From assembly GCA_021777375.1 (NCBI GenBank), contig JAJYDV010000001.1:11347-75346 (forward strand): 64,000 bases of DNA, given 5' to 3'. The translations under genes were made by a program, and so were the position numbers. This DNA is from a bacterium (GTDB taxonomy: Bacteria; Patescibacteriota; Saccharimonadia; Saccharimonadales; UBA4665). Numbering within the stretch: the stretch's first letter is position 1; every line of letters starts with the position of its first letter. Of this stretch, positions 29,692 to 38,906 are shown in pieces. Under the pieces are notes generated by a model, which was given only the letters and a program-made list of their open reading frames with translations, was not told the DNA's origin and did not search any database.

Positions 29692-30996
29692 ATGAGACAT
29701 ACCGTTTCCGAGATCACGCTCAGTAATGGGGGGAAGGGGTTGTTAGTGCATATACCGAATGCTTCGGTTATGACCTTCGATATCAACTTTAGAGCTGGTG
29801 AGTATCTTGTCGATTCAGATAAGTGCGAGGTGCCTCACTTAATGGAACACATGGTTTTAGGCGCCAATGAATTAGTGCCTAAATCCATGGATTTTCAGGC
29901 TGAGCTGGAACGTAACGGGGCTTATTCAAACGCCAGTACTAGTGCCTACGACATTACTTATGAAGCTGAATGTGCAGACTTTGAGTGGGATAGAGTATTT
30001 GATTTGTTAATTGTAGCTATTACTAGGCCGTTGTTCTTGGATGAGGAGTTTAAGGCAGAATTTGGAAACGTGCAAGAAGAAATGGCTGCCAGGTCTAATA
30101 ACCACTTTCGGAATTTAAGCTTAGCAATGCGTAAGGAGCAAGGCTTATTAGGAAAAACTGACGCTGAGCACTTAAAGCTAATGCACAACGTCAACATTGA
30201 AGATATCCGAGCCCATTATAAGCACACCCATACCGCTAAAAATATGCGTTTTGTGATTGCCGGTGACATATCGAGTCGCCGCCGTGAGCATATCCAGAAT
30301 ATTCTTGGAATGATTGACTTACCTAAGGATGGCCGCCGTTTTCAATTGCCGCACGAAACCCCAAAACGCTTAAAACAGGCGGTGTATATCAGCAATAAAT
30401 CGGTTGAAAATCTTTACTTTTATATCGATACCTTTATGCGTCGCCGGTTAACAGATCCGGAAACTGACGCTCTCCATTTGGTCAATACAATGTTAACAGA
30501 AACTCTATACTCTAAAATTCTCGGTACAGCCAGAGAGCGGGGGCTTGTATACAGTATGAGCTCTGGCTTGTCACATACTCGCGATGCAAGCAATTGGTGG
30601 TTTGGCGCCCAGGTCTCTGACAAGAATGCACCGGCTTTAATGAATATTATTTACTCTGAACTTAGGAAAGTCATGGACGGTGCGATTAGTGACACCGATG
30701 TTATTGCCACTAAACAGTATTCTCTCGGTCGTTTTCAACGCTCTGCTCAAACGGTTAGCGGCACAGCTATGGGCTATAGCGGACGCTACTTCTTTGATGG
30801 CGTAATAGAGGACTACTACAATATTCCGGCTCGTATTGAAGCCATAAATAAGGAAGCTATCATAAATATATCTCAACTAATGTTCAGCGATAATCTTTGG
30901 GGACTGGGCGTTTTAGGTAATTGCGGTAAACCGTATAGCGAGCAGTTAAGGGGACAAATTTTACCTCTTTGGGAAAAAACCGAAACAAACAAGTAG
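29692..30996 (+). CDS. M16 (insulinase/pitrilysin) family zinc peptidase
   Basis: Inverted HxxEH (HLMEH), NAST, RERGLVY. Confidence 0.88.
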   Translation: MRHTVSEITLSNGGKGLLVHIPNASVMTFDINFRAGEYLVDSDKCEVPHLMEHMVLGANELVPKSMDFQAELERNGAYSNASTSAYDITYEAECADFEWDRVFDLLIVAITRPLFLDEEFKAEFGNVQEEMAARSNNHFRNLSLAMRKEQGLLGKTDAEHLKLMHNVNIEDIRAHYKHTHTAKNMRFVIAGDISSRRREHIQNILGMIDLPKDGRRFQLPHETPKRLKQAVYISNKSVENLYFYIDTFMRRRLTDPETDALHLVNTMLTETLYSKILGTARERGLVYSMSSGLSHTRDASNWWFGAQVSDKNAPALMNIIYSELRKVMDGAISDTDVIATKQYSLGRFQRSAQTVSGTAMGYSGRYFFDGVIEDYYNIPARIEAINKEAIINISQLMFSDNLWGLGVLGNCGKPYSEQLRGQILPLWEKTETNK

Positions 30997-31005
30997 AATA
31001 TAGTT

Positions 31006-32088
31006 ATGGAAGAAGCTGAAGCTAATAGACTCAAAGCTGAGATTAAAGCAGCCGTTAATCAACTGGGGCTTGATGAGCTTAAAGCTAAATATGACGATCT
31101 TGAAGAACAAAGCCACGAATCTGACTTTTGGAAAGATAATATCGCTGCGCAAAAAGTCATGCAAGAGATCTCACGTTTAAAAAAAAGAATCGAACCCTGG
31201 ACAGAACTACTTAACGCCGTTCACGATATCTCTGAGCTGTCACAGCTTAAAGATCCTAAGTTGAGTGATGAGATCAGCGAAAGTCTAAGCGGTATCCGCT
31301 CAAAATTTAGCGATTTAAAGCACCAGCTTCACTTTAGTGGTCCTTTTGATGACCATGCTGCCTTAGTCAGTATTTATGCCGGAGCAGGTGGAACTGATGC
31401 TCAAGATTGGACACAAATGTTATTCAGAATGTACTGTCGATTTTTCGATCAGAAGGGCTGGTCTTACAGGGTAATTGATGAATCTGCCGGGGATGAGGCA
31501 GGGCTTAAAAGTGTTACCCTTGAAGTTAGCGGTGATGATTTTGTCTATGGGATGCTTAAGGGAGAGGCTGGTGTGCATAGACTAGTGCGGCTTAGTCCTT
31601 TCAATGCCGATCACTTGCGTCAGACCAGTTTTTCAAAAGTAGAGATCACGCCACGCATCGATTCTCCTAGCGAGGTTGAACTAGATGAGCGCGATTTAAA
31701 AATTGACGTTTACCGAAGTGGCGGCCATGGTGGCCAGAGTGTTAATACTACCGATTCAGCAGTCCGGATAACGCATCTCCCAACTAATTTGAGCGTTGCC
31801 ATCCAAAATGAGCGTAGCCAGCTCAAAAACAAGGAGACGGCCTTGACGATCCTGCGATCCAGACTTGCCAAACTGCAGCTGGAACAGCATGCTGAGACCC
31901 TGAGCAAACTTAAAGGGCCTAGTCAGTCAGCGGAGTGGGGAAACCAAATTAGGAGCTATGTTCTTCATCCGTATAAGCAGGTTAAGGATTTACGGACCAA
32001 CTACGAAACTACTGATGTCGAGAGAGTTCTTAATGGCGACCTGTCTCAGATTATTGAGGCGTATTTAGACTCTACACCAGCCACTTAA
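31006..32088 (+). CDS. prfB: Peptide chain release factor 2 (single continuous ORF)
   Basis: SPF motif, GGQ, WGNQIRSYVLHPY. Confidence 0.97.
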   Translation: MEEAEANRLKAEIKAAVNQLGLDELKAKYDDLEEQSHESDFWKDNIAAQKVMQEISRLKKRIEPWTELLNAVHDISELSQLKDPKLSDEISESLSGIRSKFSDLKHQLHFSGPFDDHAALVSIYAGAGGTDAQDWTQMLFRMYCRFFDQKGWSYRVIDESAGDEAGLKSVTLEVSGDDFVYGMLKGEAGVHRLVRLSPFNADHLRQTSFSKVEITPRIDSPSEVELDERDLKIDVYRSGGHGGQSVNTTDSAVRITHLPTNLSVAIQNERSQLKNKETALTILRSRLAKLQLEQHAETLSKLKGPSQSAEWGNQIRSYVLHPYKQVKDLRTNYETTDVERVLNGDLSQIIEAYLDSTPAT

Positions 32089-32116
32089 CAGTGATAGCAT
32101 GCTATAATTTAGCCAC

Positions 32117-32800
32117 ATGATATTACTCGATAGGGTGAGTAAAACATATACAAAAGGCGGAAAACCATCGCTTGATCGGATTAGTTTACATGTCGATCCA
32201 AATGAATTTGTAATCGTGGTAGGGGCAAGTGGGGCTGGTAAAACTACGCTAATGCGCCTATTAACTCGGGAAGAACGTCAGACCTCAGGAAAAATTATTA
32301 TTGGCGGAATTGATTTTGATAAGCTTAAAGATCGGGAGATTCCATTGCTTAGGCGCAAAATTGGGGTAGTTTTTCAGGATTTTAAACTATTACCGAACAA
32401 GACAATCTTTGAAAACGTATCTTTTGCGCTTGAAATGGTAGGTATGGGAAATCACGAGATAAAGAATACGGTACCTAAAGTGTTAGATATAGTGAATTTG
32501 ACGGGCAAAGAGAACAGTATGCCAATTGAACTTTCTGGAGGTGAGCGTCAAAGAGTGGCAATAGCAAGAGCGATTGTCCGTCAGCCGAAGATTCTTATTG
32601 CAGATGAACCAACTGGTAACCTTGACCCCAAACACGCATGGGATGTTATTAAGATTCTTGAAAAAGTTAATCGTTTCGGGACTACAGTTTTACTCACTAC
32701 GCATAACCAAGAAATTGTCAATCGACTTAAGCGCCGGGTGGTAACTATTAAAGATGGCAAAATCGTTAGTGACCGGGCCAATGCCGGTTATAAGATATAA
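32117..32800 (+). CDS. ftsE: Cell division ATP-binding protein FtsE
   Basis: GASGAGKT, GVVFQDFKLL, LSGGE, ADEPTGNLDP. Confidence 0.94.
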   Translation: MILLDRVSKTYTKGGKPSLDRISLHVDPNEFVIVVGASGAGKTTLMRLLTREERQTSGKIIIGGIDFDKLKDREIPLLRRKIGVVFQDFKLLPNKTIFENVSFALEMVGMGNHEIKNTVPKVLDIVNLTGKENSMPIELSGGERQRVAIARAIVRQPKILIADEPTGNLDPKHAWDVIKILEKVNRFGTTVLLTTHNQEIVNRLKRRVVTIKDGKIVSDRANAGYKI

Positions 32801-32830
32801 GGGTTATAGAGGAAGGTAAGATAAATAAAG

Positions 32831-33778
32831 TTGAGCGTTAGAAAACGATTAATGACCTTTTGGCGCATTGTTAACAACGGACTGGTTAATTTTGTGCGTA
32901 ACCTATCGCTAGCCATCGCTGCTATTGCGATCATGGTAGTTACGCTGACAATTGTTCTATTCTCAGTGGTTATTAACTATACTTTTTCGCACACTATTAA
33001 CCAGATAACCAGTAAAATAGATATCTCAGTTTATCTAAGCGATAATGTTTCTTCTTCCGAAAGTAAGAAATTAGTCAGCGAATTAAAGCAGCTTCCGAAT
33101 GTCGAGAGTGTGACCTACTTGTCTAAGGCACAGGTGTTGAAGAGATATGAGCAACAAAACGCATCAAATCAACAGCTAATTCAGGCGGTTAATGAAACAA
33201 GTAATCCGCTACCAGCGACAATTATTATTAAGCCTGTAAATCTAAATAACCTAAGTCAGATTAAGACTTTTCTAGATAAACCTCAGGTTAGCAATCTTGA
33301 ATCAGCCCCAACGAGTTATAGCGGTCAAGAAAAACAGGCCATTGATAGCATTACCCACGCTACCGATGTGCTGCAGAGAATCGGTGTATTTGCTGTTATC
33401 ATATTCGCAGTCGTTAGCGTACTGATTATTTTTAACACGATTCAAATGGCCATTTTTAATCGTCGCGACGAGATTCAAATTATGCGTTTACTGGGCGCCG
33501 GAACTGGATATATTAGAGGCCCATTTGTTGTCGAGAGCATCACTTACGGCGTACTAGCAGCAATTATCTCAGTAGCAGTTATTAATGGAGCTTTCCAGGC
33601 CAGTAGCAGTACGCTGCAGGCCAGTAGTCTAGGATTGCTGGACATTGGTTATGCAAATAGTTTCTTTGACAGCCACTTTGTGCTCTTGTTGACCATCCAG
33701 CTGGGAATTGGTATCGTAATAGGTGCCGTTTCCTCTTCTATAGCGACCAGACGGTATCTAAAATTTAAAACCAGATAA
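32831..33778 (+). CDS. ftsX: Cell division permease FtsX
   Basis: Four TM helices with large ECL1, NPLP, RRDEIQIMRLLGA, IRGPF. Confidence 0.92.
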   Translation: MSVRKRLMTFWRIVNNGLVNFVRNLSLAIAAIAIMVVTLTIVLFSVVINYTFSHTINQITSKIDISVYLSDNVSSSESKKLVSELKQLPNVESVTYLSKAQVLKRYEQQNASNQQLIQAVNETSNPLPATIIIKPVNLNNLSQIKTFLDKPQVSNLESAPTSYSGQEKQAIDSITHATDVLQRIGVFAVIIFAVVSVLIIFNTIQMAIFNRRDEIQIMRLLGAGTGYIRGPFVVESITYGVLAAIISVAVINGAFQASSSTLQASSLGLLDIGYANSFFDSHFVLLLTIQLGIGIVIGAVSSSIATRRYLKFKTR

Positions 33779-33965
33779 TTAAGTTAAGTTTTTGAGCTTC
33801 GCGGCAAAGGGAGATTTACTAAACCAAAACAGTTTAGTGTGTACTAGTCGCTCTAGACGCTAAATCCAGTCAGTCTGAAAGGTGGGCTTAAAGACAATGA
33901 GAGGGTAAAATTCTTTGACAAAACATGGTATAGTTAAGGTGCTAAGTAAAAACAAACAGCATAAA

Positions 33966-35201
33966 ATGTTTATCCGTTCGCCTCACTTTATTCAGGGTCG
34001 CCTACGAACCGTAGCGCTTAGTTTAAGTGTGCTAGTACTGGTCTTAGCTACCGTTCCGATTGTACGGGCCGATATTTATCAAAATCAGATTAATTCACTT
34101 AGTACTCAAAATTCACTTACTCAAGCTCAACTTAACGGTTTGCAACTTCAGGCTACTAATTACCAACAGGCAATTGACGCCTATCAGGCCCAGGTCAATG
34201 ATATTAATAACGCTATTGCTAGTAATAGTGCTAAACAAGCAGCCGATCAGCAGGCTATTGCGGCTGATGAGGCCAAAATAGCACTAAACAAGCAATATCT
34301 TGCTACAGATATCAGAACAATGTATGTCCAGGGCCAAATGACGATGATTGAACAACTAGCTACCAGTCAGAATCTCAGCACTTTCGTTAACAAACAAGAG
34401 GATGATATAAAAATTCAAGACAACCTAAATAGTTTACTGGCCTCTATTAAAACGCTTCAACAACAAGCGCAGACCAACGCTGATGAGGTTGCTGCTCTAA
34501 TCAAGACTGAGCAAGCTCAGCAAGCGCAGGTTGCCACTGACGAGAGCCAGCAGGCACAGCTGTTAAATATGAACCAGTCACAGCAGTCAGCATATAATGC
34601 GCAGATTGCGGCAAATAATGCGCAGATTGCGGCGCTTAAAGCCGAACAGGCGGCGGCAAATGCGGCCATCGCCAGAACAGTACAAGTTAGACCGTCGGGC
34701 GGCGGCGGGGGTGCTTGCGACATGGGATATGGAAACGGAGGCTACCCATCGGTACTTTGTAATGCCTATCAAGATGCTATCCTTGATGCCTATGGTTTTC
34801 CGAATCGCGAGTGTACCTCATTTGCATACTGGTACTTCGTCAATATCGAGGGGAACAGCGGTTTTCAGGTTAATGGTAACGCCGGTTGGTGGTGGGAAAC
34901 AAGCAGTTTCGCCGTATCGACCTACCCCGACGTACAAGTTGGCGCCATTGGTGTTGAGCCCTCGAGCGTATTGAATGCTCCGGTACCGAGCTTGCATGGC
35001 GGTTACTATGGTCACGTGATGATTGTCCTAGCTTTACCGGGCACGACTTATGATGGACATTTTCCATTCACCACTGCGGCAGCCGGAACTTATGTTCCGG
35101 AAGGCTATGTACTTGTAATGAGTATGAATGAAGACGAACAGGGGCACTTCATGTATAGTTTATGGCCGGCTAACTACTTAATGTATATTAATCCTCAGTA
35201 A
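33966..35201 (+). CDS. PcsB/CwlO-like coiled-coil peptidoglycan hydrolase with C-terminal CHAP-type domain
   Basis: Signal/TM segment, long Q/A-rich coiled coil, RECTSFAYW (Cys), GNAGWW, YGHV (His); follows ftsEX; start uncertain (33915 or 33966). Confidence 0.8.
   Translation: MFIRSPHFIQGRLRTVALSLSVLVLVLATVPIVRADIYQNQINSLSTQNSLTQAQLNGLQLQATNYQQAIDAYQAQVNDINNAIASNSAKQAADQQAIAADEAKIALNKQYLATDIRTMYVQGQMTMIEQLATSQNLSTFVNKQEDDIKIQDNLNSLLASIKTLQQQAQTNADEVAALIKTEQAQQAQVATDESQQAQLLNMNQSQQSAYNAQIAANNAQIAALKAEQAAANAAIARTVQVRPSGGGGGACDMGYGNGGYPSVLCNAYQDAILDAYGFPNRECTSFAYWYFVNIEGNSGFQVNGNAGWWWETSSFAVSTYPDVQVGAIGVEPSSVLNAPVPSLHGGYYGHVMIVLALPGTTYDGHFPFTTAAAGTYVPEGYVLVMSMNEDEQGHFMYSLWPANYLMYINPQ
34594..34633 (+). 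repeat. Exact 19-nt direct repeat at 21-nt period (one heptad)
   Basis: ATAATGCGCAGATTGCGGC at 34594 and 34615. Confidence 0.85.
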
Positions 35202-35318
35202 GCCTTAAGCCACTATCGTTAAGCTAACGCTTGTCATACAATACTAGCTTAGAGTCAAAACAATCTGTGCGGCATGCGCGCATAACTATATTAGAGACTA
35301 ACAACCATAAGGAAGGGA

Positions 35319-36527
35319 ATGATTCAAAAATTTAAATTAGACAAAATTAGCCGTAACTGGAGGAGAGTAATATTTACTGTTCTAAGTCTAGCTATATTAA
35401 CCGGTGCTTATTTACTCGGTCTTAATGTCGGCAATGGCAATCTATATGCTCAGAACAGTGGCCTAAACTCATCTTTGCCCAGTAAACTTAATTACACTAC
35501 CGTTAATCAAGAATACCAGGCGTTAATAGATAACTATGATGGTAAGCTTTCCGTTCAGCAGCTATTAAACGGCATCAAGCACGGACTCGCCAATGCCGTT
35601 AACGATCCATATACAGAATATTTTACGGCCAAAGAGGCCACTCAATTTAACTCTGAGCTTAATAACTCGTTTAGTGGCATTGGGGCAGAGCTCAGCACTA
35701 ACTCGCAGAATCAGATTATAGTAATGTCACCACTCAAAGGATACCCGGCAGCAGCGGCTGGACTTGTCGCAAATGACGTCATAGTTGATATAAATAATCA
35801 TTCAACTATCAACATGACTGTTGAGCAGGCTGTGAGCGCTATACGTGGTAAAGCAGGCACTTACGTAACCCTAACCGTCATCCATAACGGCCAGCAGCAA
35901 AACCTGACAATTAAGCGCGAAAATATTGTTGTTCCGAGCGTGAGCTATAAAGTAATAAACGGAAACCTGGGCTATATATCTATTATAAGTTTTGCTAACG
36001 ACACCTCTAGTTTAATCCAGCAAGCTGCTAATTACATGGTTAATCAACATGTGAAAGGTATTATTTTGGATCTAAGAGACAATCCGGGAGGTTTAGTAAC
36101 TGCTGCCGTAACTACGGCAAGCGAATGGCTAAAACCGGGGCAGCTAATAATGCAGGAAAAGCATGGCAATACAATACTTCAGACCTACATGGCGACTGGT
36201 GGCGATATCCTAAATGGTATACCGACCGTAGTATTGGTTAATGGCGGTTCAGCATCGGCTAGCGAGATAACCGCCGGAGCTTTACATGATAACCATGACG
36301 CTTACATTATAGGTACGCAAACATTCGGTAAAGGCGTTGTCCAACAACTGATAAATCTAGCGGATGGCGGGGAGTTAAAGGTTACCATTGCTTCGTGGTA
36401 TCGTCCTGATGGTCAAGATATCAACCACTTAGGAATCAAGCCGGATAGTGTCGTTAATCAGCCAGCGAACGCGACTAGCGATTTACAGCTAGCTGCCGCA
36501 GAAAAATATTTAGAAAGCGCAAAATAG
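35319..36527 (+). CDS. ctpA: S41 carboxyl-terminal processing protease
   Basis: DPYT, PDZ GIGA, LDLRDNPGG, SASASEI, TFGKGVVQ. Confidence 0.92.
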   Translation: MIQKFKLDKISRNWRRVIFTVLSLAILTGAYLLGLNVGNGNLYAQNSGLNSSLPSKLNYTTVNQEYQALIDNYDGKLSVQQLLNGIKHGLANAVNDPYTEYFTAKEATQFNSELNNSFSGIGAELSTNSQNQIIVMSPLKGYPAAAAGLVANDVIVDINNHSTINMTVEQAVSAIRGKAGTYVTLTVIHNGQQQNLTIKRENIVVPSVSYKVINGNLGYISIISFANDTSSLIQQAANYMVNQHVKGIILDLRDNPGGLVTAAVTTASEWLKPGQLIMQEKHGNTILQTYMATGGDILNGIPTVVLVNGGSASASEITAGALHDNHDAYIIGTQTFGKGVVQQLINLADGGELKVTIASWYRPDGQDINHLGIKPDSVVNQPANATSDLQLAAAEKYLESAK

Positions 36528-36600
36528 ATACAAAAAATTAACTTTTTCTTGTACGAAAGAAATTAGATATGCTAACATGCCCTAAGTATTAAGAGGTAGT

Positions 36601-38220
36601 ATGGTGGCTCGCAGCCAAACCAAGTACATATTTGTTACTGGAGGAGTACTTTCCGGATTAGGAAAGGGTATTACTGCCGCCTCTATCGGCAACCTCTTGC
36701 GTTCTCGAGGCCTTACCGTCAATCTCCAAAAATGTGACCCATACCTAAATGTTGACGCCGGACTACTTAATCCACGTGAGCATGGAGAGTGCTTTGTAAC
36801 CAAGGACGGGGCTGAAACAGATCTCGATTTGGGGCATTACGAGCGGTTTACTGATGTAGAGATGAGCAAAGATAGCTCGGTAATGGCTGGAAGAGTCTTG
36901 GCTAAAGTTATTGCCGATGAGCGAGCTGGTAAATATGATGGTGACGACGTTCAGATCATCCCTCACTTAACTGCGGCGATCCAAGAGTATTTCATCATGG
37001 CCGGTAAGGGATTTGATGTACATATTGTCGAGATTGGTGGAACGGTGGGGGATTATGAGTCACTTAGCTTTACCGAAGCAATTAGAGAATTCGCGATTAA
37101 TGTCGGGCGAGAAAACTGCCTTTATGTGCATGTTGTCTATCTGCCTTTTCTAACTGCCTCTCAAGAAACAAAGACTAAACCAGCTCAAAATTCGGTACGC
37201 GAATTACGTGGTTTGGGTATTTCACCGGATATCCTGGTAGGTCGCTGCGAACGTTTAGCCAACGGCAATGTAATGCGTAAACTAAGTCTGTTTTCGGGAG
37301 TTAGTGAAGATGCGATAGTTCTTTTACCACACGCGGACAATATTTACGAAGTACCACTAACCCTAGAAGATAGTGGCATTGGGGATGTAGTGGTGAACAA
37401 GCTTAATATTTCCAAGGTTAAGGCGGTTCAGCTCGAAGCCTGGAGATCAATGGTTAAGCGTGCCAAAAAGGATTACCATCGAAGCGTAACAATCGGCTTA
37501 ATTGCTAAATATATGGACAACAGCGATACTTATATGTCTGTGGTTGAAGCCACTCGCTCTGCTGCTTGGTGGAACGAGACTAATCTTAACTTTGTCTGGA
37601 TTGATGCTGTTAAACTGGGTAAAAATAAGAACCCAGAGCAACTTTTGGCGGATTGCGACGCCATAATTGTTCCTGGCGGTTTCGGAAGTCGAGGCGTGGA
37701 CGGTAAAATCGAAGCCGCGAGCTTTGCATTGGCGAGTGGATTACCATATCTTGGCTTGTGCTATGGACTTCATATGGCGGTAATTGCGGCAGCTCGTAAA
37801 CACGGCCTCAAGCAAGCTAATACGACAGAAGTTGATCCTAAGACTCCGGACCCAGTAATTGATACCATGGCTGGCCAAAAAGGTAAGGAGAATACCGGTG
37901 GAACTATGCGCCTAGGCAACTACGACTGTACATTACTTAAAGACAGCATGGCTGCTAAATTATACGGCAAAGAAAAGATCGTTGAGCGACATCGACACCG
38001 CTGGGAGTGTAATCCAAAGTATATACCCGCATATGAGAGCTGGGGGATTCGGGCGGTCGGATTCAATCCTGATACTGGTCTGGTTGAGGTAATTGAAGGA
38101 ACCAAACACCCTTACTTTATTGCCAGCCAATTTCACCCGGAATTTAAATCTCGTCCTACCAGGCCTCATCCGCTATTTGATGGCTTAATCAAGGCAGCCT
38201 TGCAAAAAGACAGAAGATAA
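36601..38220 (+). CDS. pyrG: CTP synthase
   Basis: GGVLSGLGKG, DLDLGHYERF, GLCYG, QFHPEF. Confidence 0.98.
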   Translation: MVARSQTKYIFVTGGVLSGLGKGITAASIGNLLRSRGLTVNLQKCDPYLNVDAGLLNPREHGECFVTKDGAETDLDLGHYERFTDVEMSKDSSVMAGRVLAKVIADERAGKYDGDDVQIIPHLTAAIQEYFIMAGKGFDVHIVEIGGTVGDYESLSFTEAIREFAINVGRENCLYVHVVYLPFLTASQETKTKPAQNSVRELRGLGISPDILVGRCERLANGNVMRKLSLFSGVSEDAIVLLPHADNIYEVPLTLEDSGIGDVVVNKLNISKVKAVQLEAWRSMVKRAKKDYHRSVTIGLIAKYMDNSDTYMSVVEATRSAAWWNETNLNFVWIDAVKLGKNKNPEQLLADCDAIIVPGGFGSRGVDGKIEAASFALASGLPYLGLCYGLHMAVIAAARKHGLKQANTTEVDPKTPDPVIDTMAGQKGKENTGGTMRLGNYDCTLLKDSMAAKLYGKEKIVERHRHRWECNPKYIPAYESWGIRAVGFNPDTGLVEVIEGTKHPYFIASQFHPEFKSRPTRPHPLFDGLIKAALQKDRR

Positions 38221-38235
38221 GTTACCTTAAGCAGT

Positions 38236-38631
38236 ATGGATCAAACAAAATCTGAAACCCTCAAACGCATATTGTTAGTTGAAGATGATGACGGCCTAGC
38301 TAATGTCTATGTAATGCGTTTACAGGCCGAGGGTTTTGATGTGCGGCGCGTTGCAGATGGCGAAGATGCTTTAGCTTCAGCCATAAGTTATCACCCAGAC
38401 TTAGTCTTACTTGACGTTATGATGCCTAAAGTCAGTGGTTTTGATGTCTTGGATATTCTACGCAATACTCCTGAGACAGCTGGCTTAAAAGTTATTATGC
38501 TGACTGCGCTTAGCCAGGATAGTGATAAACAACGTGCCGAAAGTTTGGGCGTTGATGACTACTTAGTGAAGTCTCAAGTTGTAATTGCCGACGTTATTGA
38601 TCGAATTAAATATCACCTAGGGCTTAGCTAA
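38236..38631 (+). CDS. Single-domain response regulator (canonical receiver)
   Basis: LLVEDD, LLDVMMP (phospho-Asp), LTA, conserved Lys. Confidence 0.92.
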   Translation: MDQTKSETLKRILLVEDDDGLANVYVMRLQAEGFDVRRVADGEDALASAISYHPDLVLLDVMMPKVSGFDVLDILRNTPETAGLKVIMLTALSQDSDKQRAESLGVDDYLVKSQVVIADVIDRIKYHLGLS

Positions 38632-38896
38632 CGCTGACTTCAGTTCGACGGACACTTTTTCCAGAAAAGAGACGTACTTTGCGGGTCTTAAATTCCACTA
38701 CACCATCTTTAGCCGCATGAATTGTGAAGTTCCGACTCATTTTAGTACCTGAACCAGGGCGCTTTGTCATGCCAACTTGGCGCACAATTACTTGTCCAAC
38801 TTTGACTTTTTCACCGCCGAATAATTTTACACCAAGGTGCTGTCCTGGTGAATCGTGGACATTTTTAGCGGTGCCGCCAGCCTTTACGTGACTCAT
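38624..38896 (-). CDS. rpmA: 50S ribosomal protein L27
   Basis: MSHVKAGG..KN..DS....LGVK, IVRQ. Confidence 0.95.
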   Translation of the reverse strand: MSHVKAGGTAKNVHDSPGQHLGVKLFGGEKVKVGQVIVRQVGMTKRPGSGTKMSRNFTIHAAKDGVVEFKTRKVRLFSGKSVRRTEVSVS

Positions 38897-38906
38897 ATCT
38901 CTTCTT

